A DNA stretch of 64,000 nt from Octopus bimaculoides (taxonomy: Eukaryota). The translations under genes were made by a program, and so were the position numbers. Of the stretch, positions 42,301 to 55,210 are shown in pieces; position 1 is the first letter of the stretch; every line of letters starts with the position of its first letter. The DNA lies in assembly GCF_001194135.2 (NCBI RefSeq), contig NC_068982.1:26259989-26323988 (forward strand), in the 5' to 3' direction. The notes beneath the pieces were generated by a model. The model was not told the DNA's origin. It saw only the letters and a program-made list of their open reading frames with translations, and searched no databases.

Positions 42301-43714
42301 TTAGAAGAAAGTTATTGCTGCTTTTTCAGAATAACATCTCAGAATTATCAGAACAAGAACTCAGAATTTCGTAAAATATTCCATGAAACGGTTCCAATGT
42401 TAGTTGTGTGGCAAATGAAATAGTGAAACGGTCCAAACAGTTAATAGTGACAAACGTTGTTGTATGAATAAAAACATAACTTTTCAGAAAATAATACCCA
42501 TGTATTTTATTCTAATTTTATCACTAAATCGCATTTCTTGAACATATCCTCTCTACAATGGAGAGAATATATATGTATCTATGTGCATATATCCGTGTGT
42601 GGGGGGGGGGGGGCATGTGCTTGTAAATATATGTCTATACACATATATGAATATGAATACACACATATACATATAGGCCTGTAAAAAGACTTCATAAACT
42701 ATTACTTAGTTTGCCACAACTGATCATCAGACAGTTGAGTTAAGTTTTGAGAAATACGATGATTTCTAAATGTTTAGTGCTTGGAGCAAAATTGGTAATT
42801 GGGGCAAAATGATTAAATTCTGATTAAATTCCCGACCTGTTTAAAACCATTACATTGCAAGTACTACATCATCAGGTACATTTTTTCAAGAAATTCTTCC
42901 TCAACTTTGGCCCGACTATAATTGAGAGTGCTAATGAAATATCTGGATAATTTTTGATGTTTAACAAGAAATATTCCTTTCTCTGTTGGATTCCTAGTCA
43001 ATTTTTATCACTTTAATGTCGAATATAATTTTCTCCTTCCAGAAATGTCTAAAATCGCAAAATGGGTAATGACAAATTTCAAAAATTTCTTCTCTTTAAA
43101 TGCATGGCGCAGAAATATATCGGGGAGGAAGTCACTCTAGTAAATTGTGTAGGAGTTATAAGGAATATTCTATGTGGAGCTTTAGGACATGATCGAGTCT
43201 CGTTAATTTCATATCGTGTGCCAATTTTCCATAATCCTCTTTCAATTTGGCCTCGATATTTAAAATTTTTGTTGTATTTCTGGTCTGTCTGAAGTCTATT
43301 GGTGTGTATGAGTCTTTTCCTAAATGTAATACTGGAAAATTGAAAAAAGGAATTTACCGTATCTTGTCTAAGTCATTTTTCCCAGTTAAATTTTTCTTCT
43401 ATATGCTCAAAGAGAACGGAGATAATTTTCTGAAATAGTGTTCAGATTATGCTATAGCGTTTTAATACATTTAGGTGATATAGTTTTTGTAAATAGACAA
43501 TATTTGCAAAGAATAATTTTTTTTCTACAATTCAAAAATGAAGCAAACCTTACTTATTGTATCCCATACTGTATAAAAGGTGCAGTGATAATTACTTAAT
43601 AAATCAACAAATAAAAGTTTAATGCTGATTGGACAGGGGCTTATGTCATTTTAAATTAACATGAATCTTTTAGATAAAAACGATTGATCCGTGACGAAAG
43701 AATATATGCAAGAT

Positions 43715-45480
43715 AGTGGGCCACGATGAAGTCAGGTCAGCTATGGCTTTCACTATGCTTAAGGGAACATTAGCAAGTTGAAGGCTTCTAGCATCCATGA
43801 GTGGAGACAGTTAAAGGCTTTCTTGTATTCTAGCCACATTAAGTCTATGCTCCCGCACCTCTGACATTACAGTTTTGTTTATTTGCTTATTAACAATTGC
43901 TTGGCACATCCCCAGACTCCCTTCTTCCCAGCTGCTTGTTCTGCTGTGATGATGTTATTGGTTTCACAGTGATCTTGGAGGAAGAAGATTAAATATGCTG
44001 TATATATTTTATACATTAAGTTGTGGCATGCAATTGGCAGGTAGATTTTTTGCCATGTGGGTGGTTCTCATTTGCATTTGGGGATCAGTTTTGTCTCTTC
44101 AAGAGCTAACCAGTGTGGTATGCTAGTGTTCCAATGAGAGCTTGTTGGTGCAGGTTGATAAGATATGGTTGGCAGAAGGTTAGCCTCTTGTACCAATATC
44201 CAACAAGCAAGTCTCTCCTAGGTGCTTTTTCCATCCTGAAGTTCTGGATCACAATTACAAGGAAGTCACCTTCAATGCTATATGTCTTGGGCGTAATGCA
44301 GGTACAATAACTTCTTCGAATTTCTTCTAGTTACAGAGCATTTTGGTTAAAATCCTTCGCTTCATTCTAGATTTCTCTCCAGAAGAAATCTATGTCTTCT
44401 CGTGAAGGATCTTCTGTGACGTTCACTACTTGTCCTCTCATGTCTCTCTATACTGCTGTCTGGTTCCGGCCAATTTTTTTGTTTATTCTCTTTCTTTCAG
44501 TTATTTTCTTCTGATGTCGGAGTTTCTCGCTGACAGCTGTTAGCTCTTGCTTGAGGATTATCAGTTTGCAAGGGAGTGTTCTCTTTTTACTATCCCTAAA
44601 CTTCACTTTTCATCTCCTTCACTTTTTGTTGATGTAATGTATAGTGATTGTTTGCACGCAATAAGCATCACCACATGACTAATGATATTCCGTAAGTCAG
44701 CTATTTTTTTCTCTGTCTTGAAAACCAACGATACTACTTTCTTTACTCCTCGGCTTTGTTCACGTTGTGAATGTCGTTCATGTACTGCTTTGCATGTATG
44801 CATGTGTGTATGTTTGTATGTATGTATGTATGGGAATGTCTGCGTTTGCGCGGGTGGTGTGTGTATACGTACATATATGCATACGTGAAAACTCTTCTAC
44901 TCTTGAACAGCGTTTCATTTTATGGATGAACTTTTATCTTGTGCTTTTCATATCTTTAACGTTTTGTATACTATAAACAGCAGGATTTTGGCTGTATTTT
45001 TTAATAACAACTTTCTTTTCAGTGAAATCTGGAAGTTCTGCGTCTAGTTTCGACAATATGTTTTTGCAAACACTTCATATGAAGCTGTTAGAGTTTGAAG
45101 CTTTACACTTTTCAGGCTCGTTGTATTGTTCATATTTTGTAAAAGCTTTGCTATTTCTGGGGTTGTTATTTTTAATTCCTGCCGTAATTGTTCTGCTGTT
45201 GCACTTATTTTTAACATTGCCTCATGGCTAATCATCCATGCCATTCTTGCCGTTGGCACTGCATATATTTTTTTCTATTGACCAGGTTCTTGGTAACATC
45301 ATTTGAGGATGGAAGCGTACTGTGTGTTTTGTTGAAATGAATGTTATCTTGAAGAAGCTTTGACAGACTCTTTGTGCTGTAACGCGTGTCTCTAGTTTCA
45401 GGCACTCTTTGCTTTCCCTTAATTGGTGTTTTTTTGCTTATGTAAGATTTTTCTCTTTTCTCTCTTTCTTATTTGCTTTT
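43715..45480 (-). mobile_element. R4/Dong-clade element D (N-terminal region and RT N-half), interrupted at ~44580-45000
   Basis: LKQELTAVSEKLRHQKK; PSREDIDFFWREI; IPHWLALEETKLIPN; NLMYKIYT; QAAGKKGVWGC; WLEYKKAFNCLHSWM. The upstream piece LETRVTAQRVCQ weakly resembles the Dong N-terminal Myb-like segment, so the 5' boundary is uncertain. Confidence 0.8.
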
Positions 45481-46989
45481 TTTTTGTTGGGAATTTGAGT
45501 GATTTTGTCTTTTATGTTGTATTTATGTTGTATTATTTTGTGATGTCTATGACTACAGCATAGATAATTCTATTTATCCTGGTGATAGAGATATTATCAG
45601 TAAGTCTACGGTGGCGAATTTGGCGTTTTCCTTCATTGTTGTTGCTATTGTCATTAAGCTCTATATTTGGAAAGGTCTTTCCTGGCTCTATATGAACATA
45701 CAAAGTTTTCTTTTTATTTAACTACGTCTTTAATTCTCCGAAATGCCATACTTATAAATTCTAACTTCAGGAACGTCCATTTATAGACCATTCACCTATT
45801 CTAGTATTTTAATGTTTTTATTTTCGTTGCTTGCATATTCTTGCTTGTTTGTATTTTAGTACTTGCATTTGCAATATGTGATATTTTTTTGGCGTTCCAT
45901 ATTTGATATATATTTTGTGAAGTGAATCAAAACTAGTTGTGACGCATCAATACCATTCAGTTATCTCAGAAAGTAACTTTTAAATCGAAATTATTGTTTA
46001 TTTACATTTTATACATACGTGACAGTTTAAGTCTTGAGGTTCCTTTCTTGCTATTGCCGTTTCTTTCTTCTTGTACTTTTTTGCAACTGCTGATACCACC
46101 GTTTCACTGAATGTAAGTCTCCTTATGTCATTTGTATTTCGTTCTTCCTTTGGCCTCAACAACTTAGATAAGGGGCATACAGGAACTGTGCCCAAATGAA
46201 GGCACTGAGACAAAGAGCATGTGATTAATGGTACAGAACAAAAAGTTTAGTGCGTAAATATCATCCCAGGGTCGAATGTTTGGAAGAAACGGAAAAAATA
46301 AGTGAAGGAATGAAGACAATAAACATCTACTGACATAGTAAAAAGAATAACTACTAGAGTTTTCAAAACACAATCGACCAACCTTTGGGATGGCAAGAGA
46401 AATCACTTTATGCTTAATATTACATATAGATGAACAAGCACGTCTTCTAACTGTACAAACCAGTACAACTCCATCATTGTGCAACAAGGAAGAAATGTTA
46501 GTTGTAGGTGCAACTTTACAAACTGTCGCTGAAAATACGGAAGGAAAAATGAGAAAAAAATCTGTAATACATACACATAAAACCACACAAACCAGTAAGG
46601 AGAGAGTTCCCCAAAACAACAAGAGCGCAGTTCAAGAAAATAGCAAAGAAAATGCAGAGGACAAGGAAGTAAAATTTACAACCTATCAAAATCAAATAAA
46701 ACTTCATTGACAAAATTATGTGTTTCCGAAGACTTTATAGTGGCGCAAGAGTTTTCAGTTTCAGAATATAAAGTACATGGGAAAAAAATGAGTAGAGTAC
46801 AATAAAATTAAATCATTACAAAAAAGTTAAATGAGCATAATCCGGAAACGTTGGAGTTTTTCAAAACTAAATGCCACAAAAAATGCATTCTTGTGCATTT
46901 GATTGCACTTGTACACAATTTCAGAATGAGTTAATGTAAAGTTGGGGAAGTGCTGAAAACCACCAGAGCCAGGAATCTTTCATGATATA

Positions 46990-47525
46990 TTTTCACAAGA
47001 AACGTAAAATAAATATCATTGAGTTACACCCCCGAAAAGTAGGTGTAATTGAACAGAAATGTTACCATCGCATTCCAGACAACGTCAGCAAACTAGTTAA
47101 CACAAAATAATTGACTGACCAGGCGTTAACCAGTCGAGATAATTGGTTTAACCCTTAAAGCATCCAGAACTCCATAGTATATCTGTTTCAGTTATGATAT
47201 CTTTTGGTACTTTTTATATTTATTTCCGTGAAAAAATATGTACTTTTAAAATTTTAATACACCCAATTATATTCTGAAATGTCTCTCACCCCTACATTTA
47301 ATATATGCAAACTTATTATTATTATTATCGTAGTCGCTATACTGTAAACTCACGGAAACTTGGATGAAGTTTTAAGAGTTAAATCAATTATTTCGGCTGG
47401 TTAACGCCTGATCAGTCAATTATTTTGTGATAACTATTTTACTGACTTTGTCTGGAATGCGATGGTAACAACTGCCTTTTCGTGGGTGTAACTCAGTGAT
47501 ATTTATTTTGCGTTTCTTGTGAAAA
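46990..47525. mobile_element. Fold-back element with ~170-bp inverted arms (46990-47166, 47361-47525) around a TTAA-bounded core
   Basis: Direct reverse-complement match with one small indel; TTAACCCTTAAAGCATCC at 47148 and GGATGAAGTTTTAAGAGTTAA ending at 47382. Confidence 0.8.
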
Positions 47526-47689
47526 CAAAGATTTCGTTTTGTTTTTTACCAATTTTTCAAAATGATAATTATCAAATGAGAACAGCGTTCTGTAGACTCT
47601 CAATGTAGCCATAACAACGGAACATTACGTGACAAGCAGGCAAGCTGGAGCATAAATGAAGTTAGTCAATCACAGTAGTGGAATTTTGT

Positions 47690-47995
47690 CTTGTTGCTAG
47701 GATGACAGCAACACCTACAGAAATACAAGCAGTAGCAACGGCAGTGACAACAGCAACAATAACAATAACAACAGTGACAACAACGTGTACAACAACAACA
47801 GTAGCAGGAGCAGCATGATTGACAATAAAAGCAACATCGTCAGCAGCAACTACAGCAACAAAAGGAACAACAGCAAGAACGTGAACAACAATAACAACAA
47901 CAACAACAAAGACAACAACAGCACCAAGAGAGTGAACGAAAGCAAGAATGTAGTTATTAACGGCAATATAGAGCACAGGAGTAATAACAACTGAA
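47690..47995. repeat. Degenerate (AAC/AGC)n low-complexity tract
   Basis: Direct reading; explains the poly-N/poly-V ORFs. Confidence 0.9.
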
Positions 47996-48028
47996 ACTGT
48001 ATGGAAAACAACAACAGTAATATCAACA

Positions 48029-48431
48029 AGGCGTCGAGCTGGTGGAAACGTTACCGTGCCGGGCGAAATGCTTAGCGGTATTACGTCTGCTGCTACGTTC
48101 TGAGTTCAAATTCCGCCGAGGTCGACTTTGCCTTTCATCCTTTCTGGGTCGATAAATTAAGTACCAGTTACGTACTGGGGTCGATATAATCGACTTAATC
48201 CGTTTGTCTGTCCTTGTTTGTCCCCTCTCTGTGCAGCCCCTTGTGGGCAGTAAAGAAATAGGTATTTCGTCTTTCTTTACGTTCCGAGTTCAAATTCCGC
48301 CGAGGTCAACTTTGCCTTTCATCCTTTCGGGGTCGATTAGATAAGTACCAGTTAAGCACGGGGGTCGATATCTTTTTGTCTGTCCTTGTTTGTTCCCTCT
48401 ATGTTTAGCCCCCTGTGGGCAATAAAAGGAT
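48029..48431 (+). mobile_element. tRNA-derived SINE, head-to-tail 1.8-mer with one 11-bp TSD
   Basis: A box region GAGCTGGTGGAAACG, B box GAGTTCAAATTCC; second unit starts at ~48262 without its head; TAATATCAACA at 48018-48028 and 48432-48442. Confidence 0.92.
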
Positions 48432-48479
48432 TAATATCAACAACATTAATAACAACATAAAATCTATTGTAGTGAACTA

Positions 48480-51190
48480 GCGGACAGTGCGTTCGGTGCA
48501 ATATCTAAAAGACAAGGCCTTCCAGTACAATAATTGTGTTGTAAAACCAGATGTTATGTCGCTTAATAATGAGGAAGAAAAACTAACTCTGAAAGAAAAA
48601 TCATTGTGTATAAATGCACTTCCCGCAAGATGAAACTTAGAGTTTCTACTCCGGCAGAAACTGAAATATGCCTCCAAGATGTGTGGCACTCACTGCTATA
48701 CATTTATGAAGGAAAGCAGTACGAGACAGTTGCTGCTATATGCATCAACGAGCAACAAAGCCACAAGAATGGCAAAAATTACTTGCACGTCCTAGATCTT
48801 TATAATGATAGCCCATTGTATGGGTAAAAGTTTGACTCGAATTCGAGTCAAGAACGTGCCAGTTAATCAAGACTTGGCAAAATTCTTAACCATTTTGCAG
48901 GAGTATGTGGTGGATTGTGGTGGTGAGGTCTACCTCACAACTTAACAAGACTGGAATTCTTGTAGAATTCCAAATACTGATTAAATACTGATTACTCTAG
49001 AAGAAAACAATCGCATTCTTAATGTTTTCTAGTTGGGGAAATGCAAACGGAGTCATTAAAACATGAATGCTTCCTGTCTGGGAATTCAAGCCCCACTCAA
49101 AGCCTTTTGCCTCATGCTGGAGAAAACACGATGTTCTCCACCGTTACTATGAACTCCACAGAAAATCATCCCTTCCTCAAACATTAGGCGAGAACACTAG
49201 AACTAGCATATATCTGCCTTTTACCTCCGATGCAAGCGTCACAAATGCAAGAGCCTCGACAGATGAAAGATGATGGTCTGTTGAATTGACACAAAAAAGC
49301 ATTTGTCGGAATAAGAGGAAGACTCAAATAAATAGAGGCTGGCCCATATCAAATCGGAAGTGATAAGACATGATGGTAATAGAGAAAATCTCATCAAACA
49401 TCAAAAATATCAACATTTACATCACAATGAAATAAAAAGATGTTATAAACACTTTCACTGTCATAAACGAATGAAAAATAACGAAAAGAAAAAGAAACAC
49501 TCGAACAACAAAATGACAACACTCACATCACACTCGTGTATTTACTTCCTTTATCAACTTCATTGTTGTTTAGAAGAGCATCAGTGAATTGATTAAGTAA
49601 TTAACAACGAAAACATTCATTGTAAGAAGTGGGGATGGCTTTGCTGAACTTCTCTCGAAAAATATTCAGACAGAAGGCAAATACAAACTGGTAGGATTAT
49701 GTACCTGAACTTAAAAGAGAAATTCTCCCAGAACATCGAAGGGTTTAGTTAGTATCCTCCAAAAACGCTTATTAGGGAAACCTTTCCCCACTTTCCCCTA
49801 AGGCAAAAGGAAAGCTGTTTGAGCAATCATCCACGAAAATTAAAGTAAATAACTTCATTTTCTTTTCTGTAACCTAAAGAGGTGCACTTAGAGTAGACGG
49901 CGTAAAATTTCGGGATCTGGGTTTGGTTTCTAAGCAGAGTCACTTGCTCAACGATCCCAGGCTATTCGACGTAGGCGTGGTGGCCATTATCGAGGCAGGG
50001 ATTCCCGGAGCGCATGCGCTGGCGCCCATTTTTGATGGCTTTGAAATATTCTCATCTCATGGTCTGGTGGGAGCGGGCGGCGAGGTAACAGTTCAATTTC
50101 GAAAACCCTTAGGTCTCGAAGCTAGGACAATCTTCTTGGACCCAGTAGGCAGGTTGATGGTACCAGACGCGTAGTTTGTGCACAGCAGGAGTTGTTAGGT
50201 CATCAGATAAGGACAGCGTAGTTTGTCTACAATTCAAATCGGTCGGCTACAGAGATCACAAACTTGTGATCTATGCAGTCGATTTAGATATGACGCGTAG
50301 ACAGGGAAGACGCACGCGTCTTTTCTGGCAAACAAAAATTACAGGGATCGGGTTACCGAACTAGTTCAGCAACAGTTGACGGAGGCAATAGTCAACAACC
50401 AGTGGTGGATCACCCTGAAAAGATCGATTAGAGAAAAGTTGGTAGCATTTAACAAAGAGCTAGCAACAAAAAGAAATAGATTAGAGGGATAACTAGTTAG
50501 AAAACCAGAAAGGGCGATTAGGAAATGCATCGCAACTGACATGCTAACAGTGAGAATGGCCCTTAACCATTTCTTCGGGGTGAAACATAAAGGCTGCAGG
50601 GCACGAAGGAACTGAAGTCGTTTGATGGGCCCGAACGGTGGAGTCACACCATAGCAACAAAACCGCGATGAGATCTCTGACGGATGGGGATGGGAACATG
50701 CTCCTCGGTTCAAAGCAGATGTTTGCAGTTTTCTTGCAGTACTTTCCGCAGTTATTTGGGGAGGACAACGGGTCGACGACAGTAGTGGACTTTAGTTCAT
50801 ACCTGGACAGCTTGCCGCGGTTGTCGGCAGCGGAGCGGGATTCTGCGTAAATCCGATAACAGTTGCTGAAATACAGGAGGCAATGAGTGATTGCGCAAGT
50901 CGCAAGTCGCAAGTCGCAAATCGCCCGATTTGGTTTGCTTTTGACTTCTACGAGTTTATGCCAAATTTGTTTGGCGGCCTCTTGGTAGACGTCTACCGTA
51001 GCTGGAAACAAAACAGGAGAATTCCTAGTGCTGTTAGCCTGGGTGTGGTAACGCTACTAAGGTAAAACGTCGACAATGGGGGCGTTCTAGGGAATTTTCG
51101 CCACGCAACTCTGTTAAACACATTTTAAGTCTTTGGCCAATTGTAAGTGAAAAGTTTGGTGCTTGTCGTCAGTAATCTGGTCAGGAAAAC
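48480..51190 (+). mobile_element. L1/Tx1-like LINE, 3'-truncated (ORF1 remnant, APE endonuclease, RT N-terminus)
   Basis: ORF1-like MGKSLTRIRVKNVP and a decayed knuckle CFLSG..LKAFC; endonuclease HLLNDPRLFDVGVVAI, FSSHG..GGEVTV.FRK, RTIFLDPVGRL, VGYRDHKLV; RT region EFMPNLFGGLLVDVY..W.QN.RIP..VSLGVVTLLR...GNFR..TLLN. The ORF1 assignment is less certain than ORF2. Confidence 0.82.
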
Positions 51191-51422
51191 GCACAAACGC
51201 GCAATACCCAAACACTGCTAGCCTCATGACAAAGCGGTCTTTTCTTTCCAGTAGCCAGTTAAGAAAATGTGGAGAAGAAAAACAAAAAAAATGGGAAGAA
51301 GAACTGTTTAACTAACATTCTTTGGCGTTGTACTGCTAGCCTCATGGCAAAGCGGTCTTTTCATTACAGTAGCTAAATATGAATATTCGGAGAAGCTAAA
51401 CAAAAAGAAAAAGTAAAGGGGA

Positions 51423-51442
51423 AAAAGAAATGTTTATTATTA

Positions 51443-51519
<77 letters not shown>

Positions 51520-51550
51520 TTCACCATCATCATCATCATCATCATCATTA
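51423..51550. repeat. (TAT)n then (CAT)n microsatellite
   Basis: Direct reading. Confidence 0.95.
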
Positions 51551-51551
51551 T

Positions 51552-52097
51552 TGAGTGAGAGAGCCGCGCATGCCATCAAAGTGGCACTTAGTTAAAGTAT
51601 ACGAAGCCCAACGTACTTATCATGACTACCCATCTGGTAAGGGTACACCAGGCACATGCATCACAACCATATGTGCACGATATAGTGATCTCATATCAAG
51701 ATAAACAGCACATGACCTTTCGGGTGGGTCCTAGTTAGAATTTTCTTCAAGGTGAGTAACCCATCCGCTCAAAAGTTCCCTGTATAAGGGTTGTTTAATG
51801 ATGTTCAACGAAATGTTTCCAGAGGTGAATTATTCAAACCCCAAAGAAATCATCTCAACACACGGCTATGCTGCTCCCCACTACTTCTGCTCGTGATCAG
51901 AGATGCACATATCGTCAGCCACTAAGGGACATGCTCAAATGGTTAAGGTCAAACAACTGACAAGCAAATCTGTGATTGTGAGCAGAATATTTGCTGTAGT
52001 CCATCTTTTATACCAAGACAAAAGAATGTACATGATAACACTTCCAATCAGTTAAGAAGTCATGAGAGCCACTGTCTGGTACTGCATCAGGTCATTT
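51552..52097 (-). mobile_element. ~540-bp non-coding interspersed element, copy 1 (full length)
   Basis: Reverse complement aligns end to end with 56891-57430; ATT/CAT tracts on both sides. Confidence 0.9.
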
Positions 52098-52100
52098 ATT

Positions 52101-52142
<42 letters not shown>

Positions 52143-53424
52143 AGCAGCAGTAGTAGTATAGTAGTAGTGTTTATATCAGTAGAAAGTGTTGTTGCTGAAT
52201 TGCTTTACAAAATGTTTGCACTGTTATCCTTAACACTTTGATGTCGAAGAGTGGCAACATATACGATTATGCAATCATTTTATTAATATAACTATGTATT
52301 TGTTGAAATCTGAGGCTCCTTACATGTTACGGTATAATTTGCTGATTCTGCCGAAGTGGTAATATAAGTCTATTATGAATATGTCATGTATTTACACACA
52401 TTTTGAGATACGTTAGTGATAAGATTCGGCGACTTATTAGATTTCTAAACAATAAAGATGTCTTTTCTTTCTTTTTCTTTAACGCTCTTACGTCATTAAA
52501 TCACCGCTTATGTAATATATACGCAGGAGGTCGTTTCCTAGAACTTATTGAAACCCATCCTCTATCAGAATTTCCAGTTTTTATAGTACACCATCCTTTA
52601 TTGAAAGCATTTTTATGATTACTATTATCATTATTCCTCTTATAGTTTTCACAATTTCCTGGTATTTTCTTTTACACAACTAAACACACCTCGCGGTCAT
52701 AGAGTGTGCTCAGCATTGCCTTCCTGTAGAATAAAACTGTACTTATATATCACAAATGTTCGAGCTTTGCTATTTCCGGTACTCTTTCGGTATTTCAAAT
52801 AATAAGTCAATGATGCATTAACAGTATTGTCTTACAGAGTATATCTATAGACTTCTAGCCTGTACTACATATAATAGGTAAATACGTTGTCTTCATATGC
52901 AATACTTTCGTGAGCAGAAAAGTGCGGACAACCAGAAGCATTTGAATCTTGAGTTGGTATTTCATCATCAACTTGAACACCCACTTTAACTTTCCAAAGA
53001 GACATCTCCTATAAACCCACTAAATATAAAGCATTAAATAATTTAGATTGACCAATTCGCATATTATAACGCATTCGTAACTTAGTAAATTAAATATATG
53101 TTTGGAGGGTTTGTTTCATTGCTGATGTGCATTACATAATAAGTCTATAGATTGGAACAAACGCTGTACATAATAGACCGATGTAACTACCATAATTTCA
53201 CGTATGATATCGTCGTAGACAAAAAGAAAACAAAAAGAAACGATCAACCACATTTATCCAAAAATTTCAATTACTATGATTAATGGCATTTGATTCAAAG
53301 AATAGGTGTTTAAAATGACATGTATTTACAATTACAATCTTTTAAAATTGGTGTTCAATTTCCTTTAAAGCTGACTTTACTTCCCATCAATCCAGGATTG
53401 ATAAAATAAGTACGGATCAAGCAT

Positions 53425-53620
53425 ACAGTGTAGCCGAAAGGTTAAGAAGTACTTATTGTAACTATGCGGTCACAGGCTTGATTGGACTGCATGACATGTT
53501 ACGCAACTGTCTTTTGCCATAGCATCGGGTCAACCTAGCAACCTTGCCATAGCATCGGGTCAATGAAATTAAGAAGAGTGAAGCAGTGTGAAAACCTGTC
53601 GATTGAATTGTACTTCTAAT
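53425..53620 (+). mobile_element. Diverged SINE remnant (30527-type)
   Basis: GTGTAGCCGAAAGGTTAAGAAG head and AATTAAGAAGAGTGAAG..GAAAACCTGTCG segment; local 20-bp duplication TTGCCATAGCATCGGGTCAA. Confidence 0.55.
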
Positions 53621-54429
53621 TCAAATGTCCAGTTTCGTCACATCGTATCTCGCTGATTCAGCTAGGGAATTACGTCAAGTGTATACCTCTCTCTCTGGAA
53701 TAGTTAACTGTCAATTCAAACAGAAGATAGTTCAGTTAATTGGGAAACTGAATATTCATCGTTAAAACGGGCAGAGATCAATTTACTTACCGTAACACTC
53801 AAGTGCTAATGTTGTCATCGGCTATACTTCTCATCAAAATTCCTGATTCTTATTTTTAAAATCATTATAATTGTTATCATGAGAATCAGTTACAGACAGA
53901 GGACTCCGTTTCAGATATGAAGTGTTTCAGGAAAATCTAGACAAATGCTAGCCCTAAGAGACTAAGACTACGCACACAGAACTTAGTTATACGTTACGAT
54001 TAAGGCTTAGTTCAAACAACTGTAGTAGCTCCAAGTAACTACGAAATTCCTAAGCACTCCATCGATCAAAAGAACAATTAACTGCACGGCTGTTGACATT
54101 ACTACAGCAACAAACACAACAATTACTACTACAGGAAGCAATAATAGCAAACAGAACAAAGATTACTTAACTCGCAACACTGTTACAAGCAGAAGTATCA
54201 AAACCCGAAAAAAACCCCACAAAGATAAAAAAAACAAACGGATAAGTAATAACGAAAACAAGAGGAATATCAACAACAATGGCGACAAAAACAAAAATAC
54301 ACAAACGTCTTAGCTATGCTCTTAGAAGAAATAATGTAGTTGGTGGATTACGTTAAACAAAACACATGCATATCTCAAAGGTAACCGAGAGTCTTTTAGG
54401 GAGGTATGCCAAAAGTTTAGGGCTACGTG

Positions 54430-55210
54430 CTGAGCAGATTCACGCAGGTACACTGCGCAGGGAGCTCTGCCAGTTCGAGACAAGCTCTACCAGGAAGCTC
54501 TGTCGGTTCGAGATATATGCTCTACAGATCTGGAAGTCCTGTCAGATGGACCTCTCCGAGGTGTGAGCAGGGCGACGAAACCGTCATGCACGCACTGTCC
54601 AGTGTCCGTGCATTACTAACTTCTGGAGTTTTATCGAACAGCAGTTATCACTTGTAGGACGGTTACCAGCCGAGTCCATCGTGAAGGATCGCCCCGCCGC
54701 TTTGTTTTGGCCAGGAAGGAAAGACAGTCTTCCTCTGTTTGGTGGCTATGGCGAAGGGGGTAGTGTTGTGGACTAGATTGAAAGGACTGAAGACAGATAC
54801 TTTCCTCTTAGGCCAAACAAAACCTCATCGAATTTTTCAAGTTTCTCTTGAAAAAGAAAGTGAGAGTAGAGACGGAAGTTCTGCGCCCGCCCCAATAAAT
54901 TTTTTGAGAGATGGGTGATTGTGGCAAGGATGACCCGTGTGAATGGGCCTACACTGAATTTTTGTTTGTAAACTGGAGGAGTTGAGAAGGAGAGAGGAGA
55001 CTGCTGAGGTGCATCTGGCGGTCGGGATAACCAGAATATGTGGGGTTCTTCGGTTATCGCTGTGAGGAACCCCTTCCCACTGGGGAATTGTATTGTTAAT
55101 TGTCATTGCTATTGTATTGTTTACTCGATCTTTGTGTTAAACCCACGTATCTCCAGTTTTGTATTGTCCCTATTTATTTTGTGTTCGGCCCTTGTGGCCA
55201 ATAACGAAAC
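54430..55210 (+). mobile_element. L1/Tx1-like LINE 3' fragment (zf-RVT and 3' UTR)
   Basis: GALPVRDKLY, PRCEQGDETVMHAL, FLCLVAMAKGVVLWTRLKGLK; homologous to 10700-11425; ends GGCCCTTGTGGCCAATAACGAAAC. Confidence 0.88.

Noticed and set aside
48630-48830. QSHKNGKNYLHVL resembling CRESS-virus Rep HUH motif II
   Set aside because: The first catalytic His is Tyr, no motif III or helicase follows, and the segment fits better as Tx1 ORF1 (similar to 9880-9960 and upstream of an APE endonuclease).
48832-48851. Perfect 20-bp palindrome TTGACTCGAATTCGAGTCAA
   Set aside because: It lies inside the LINE ORF1 remnant (SLTRIRVK) with no nonanucleotide loop or other supporting context.
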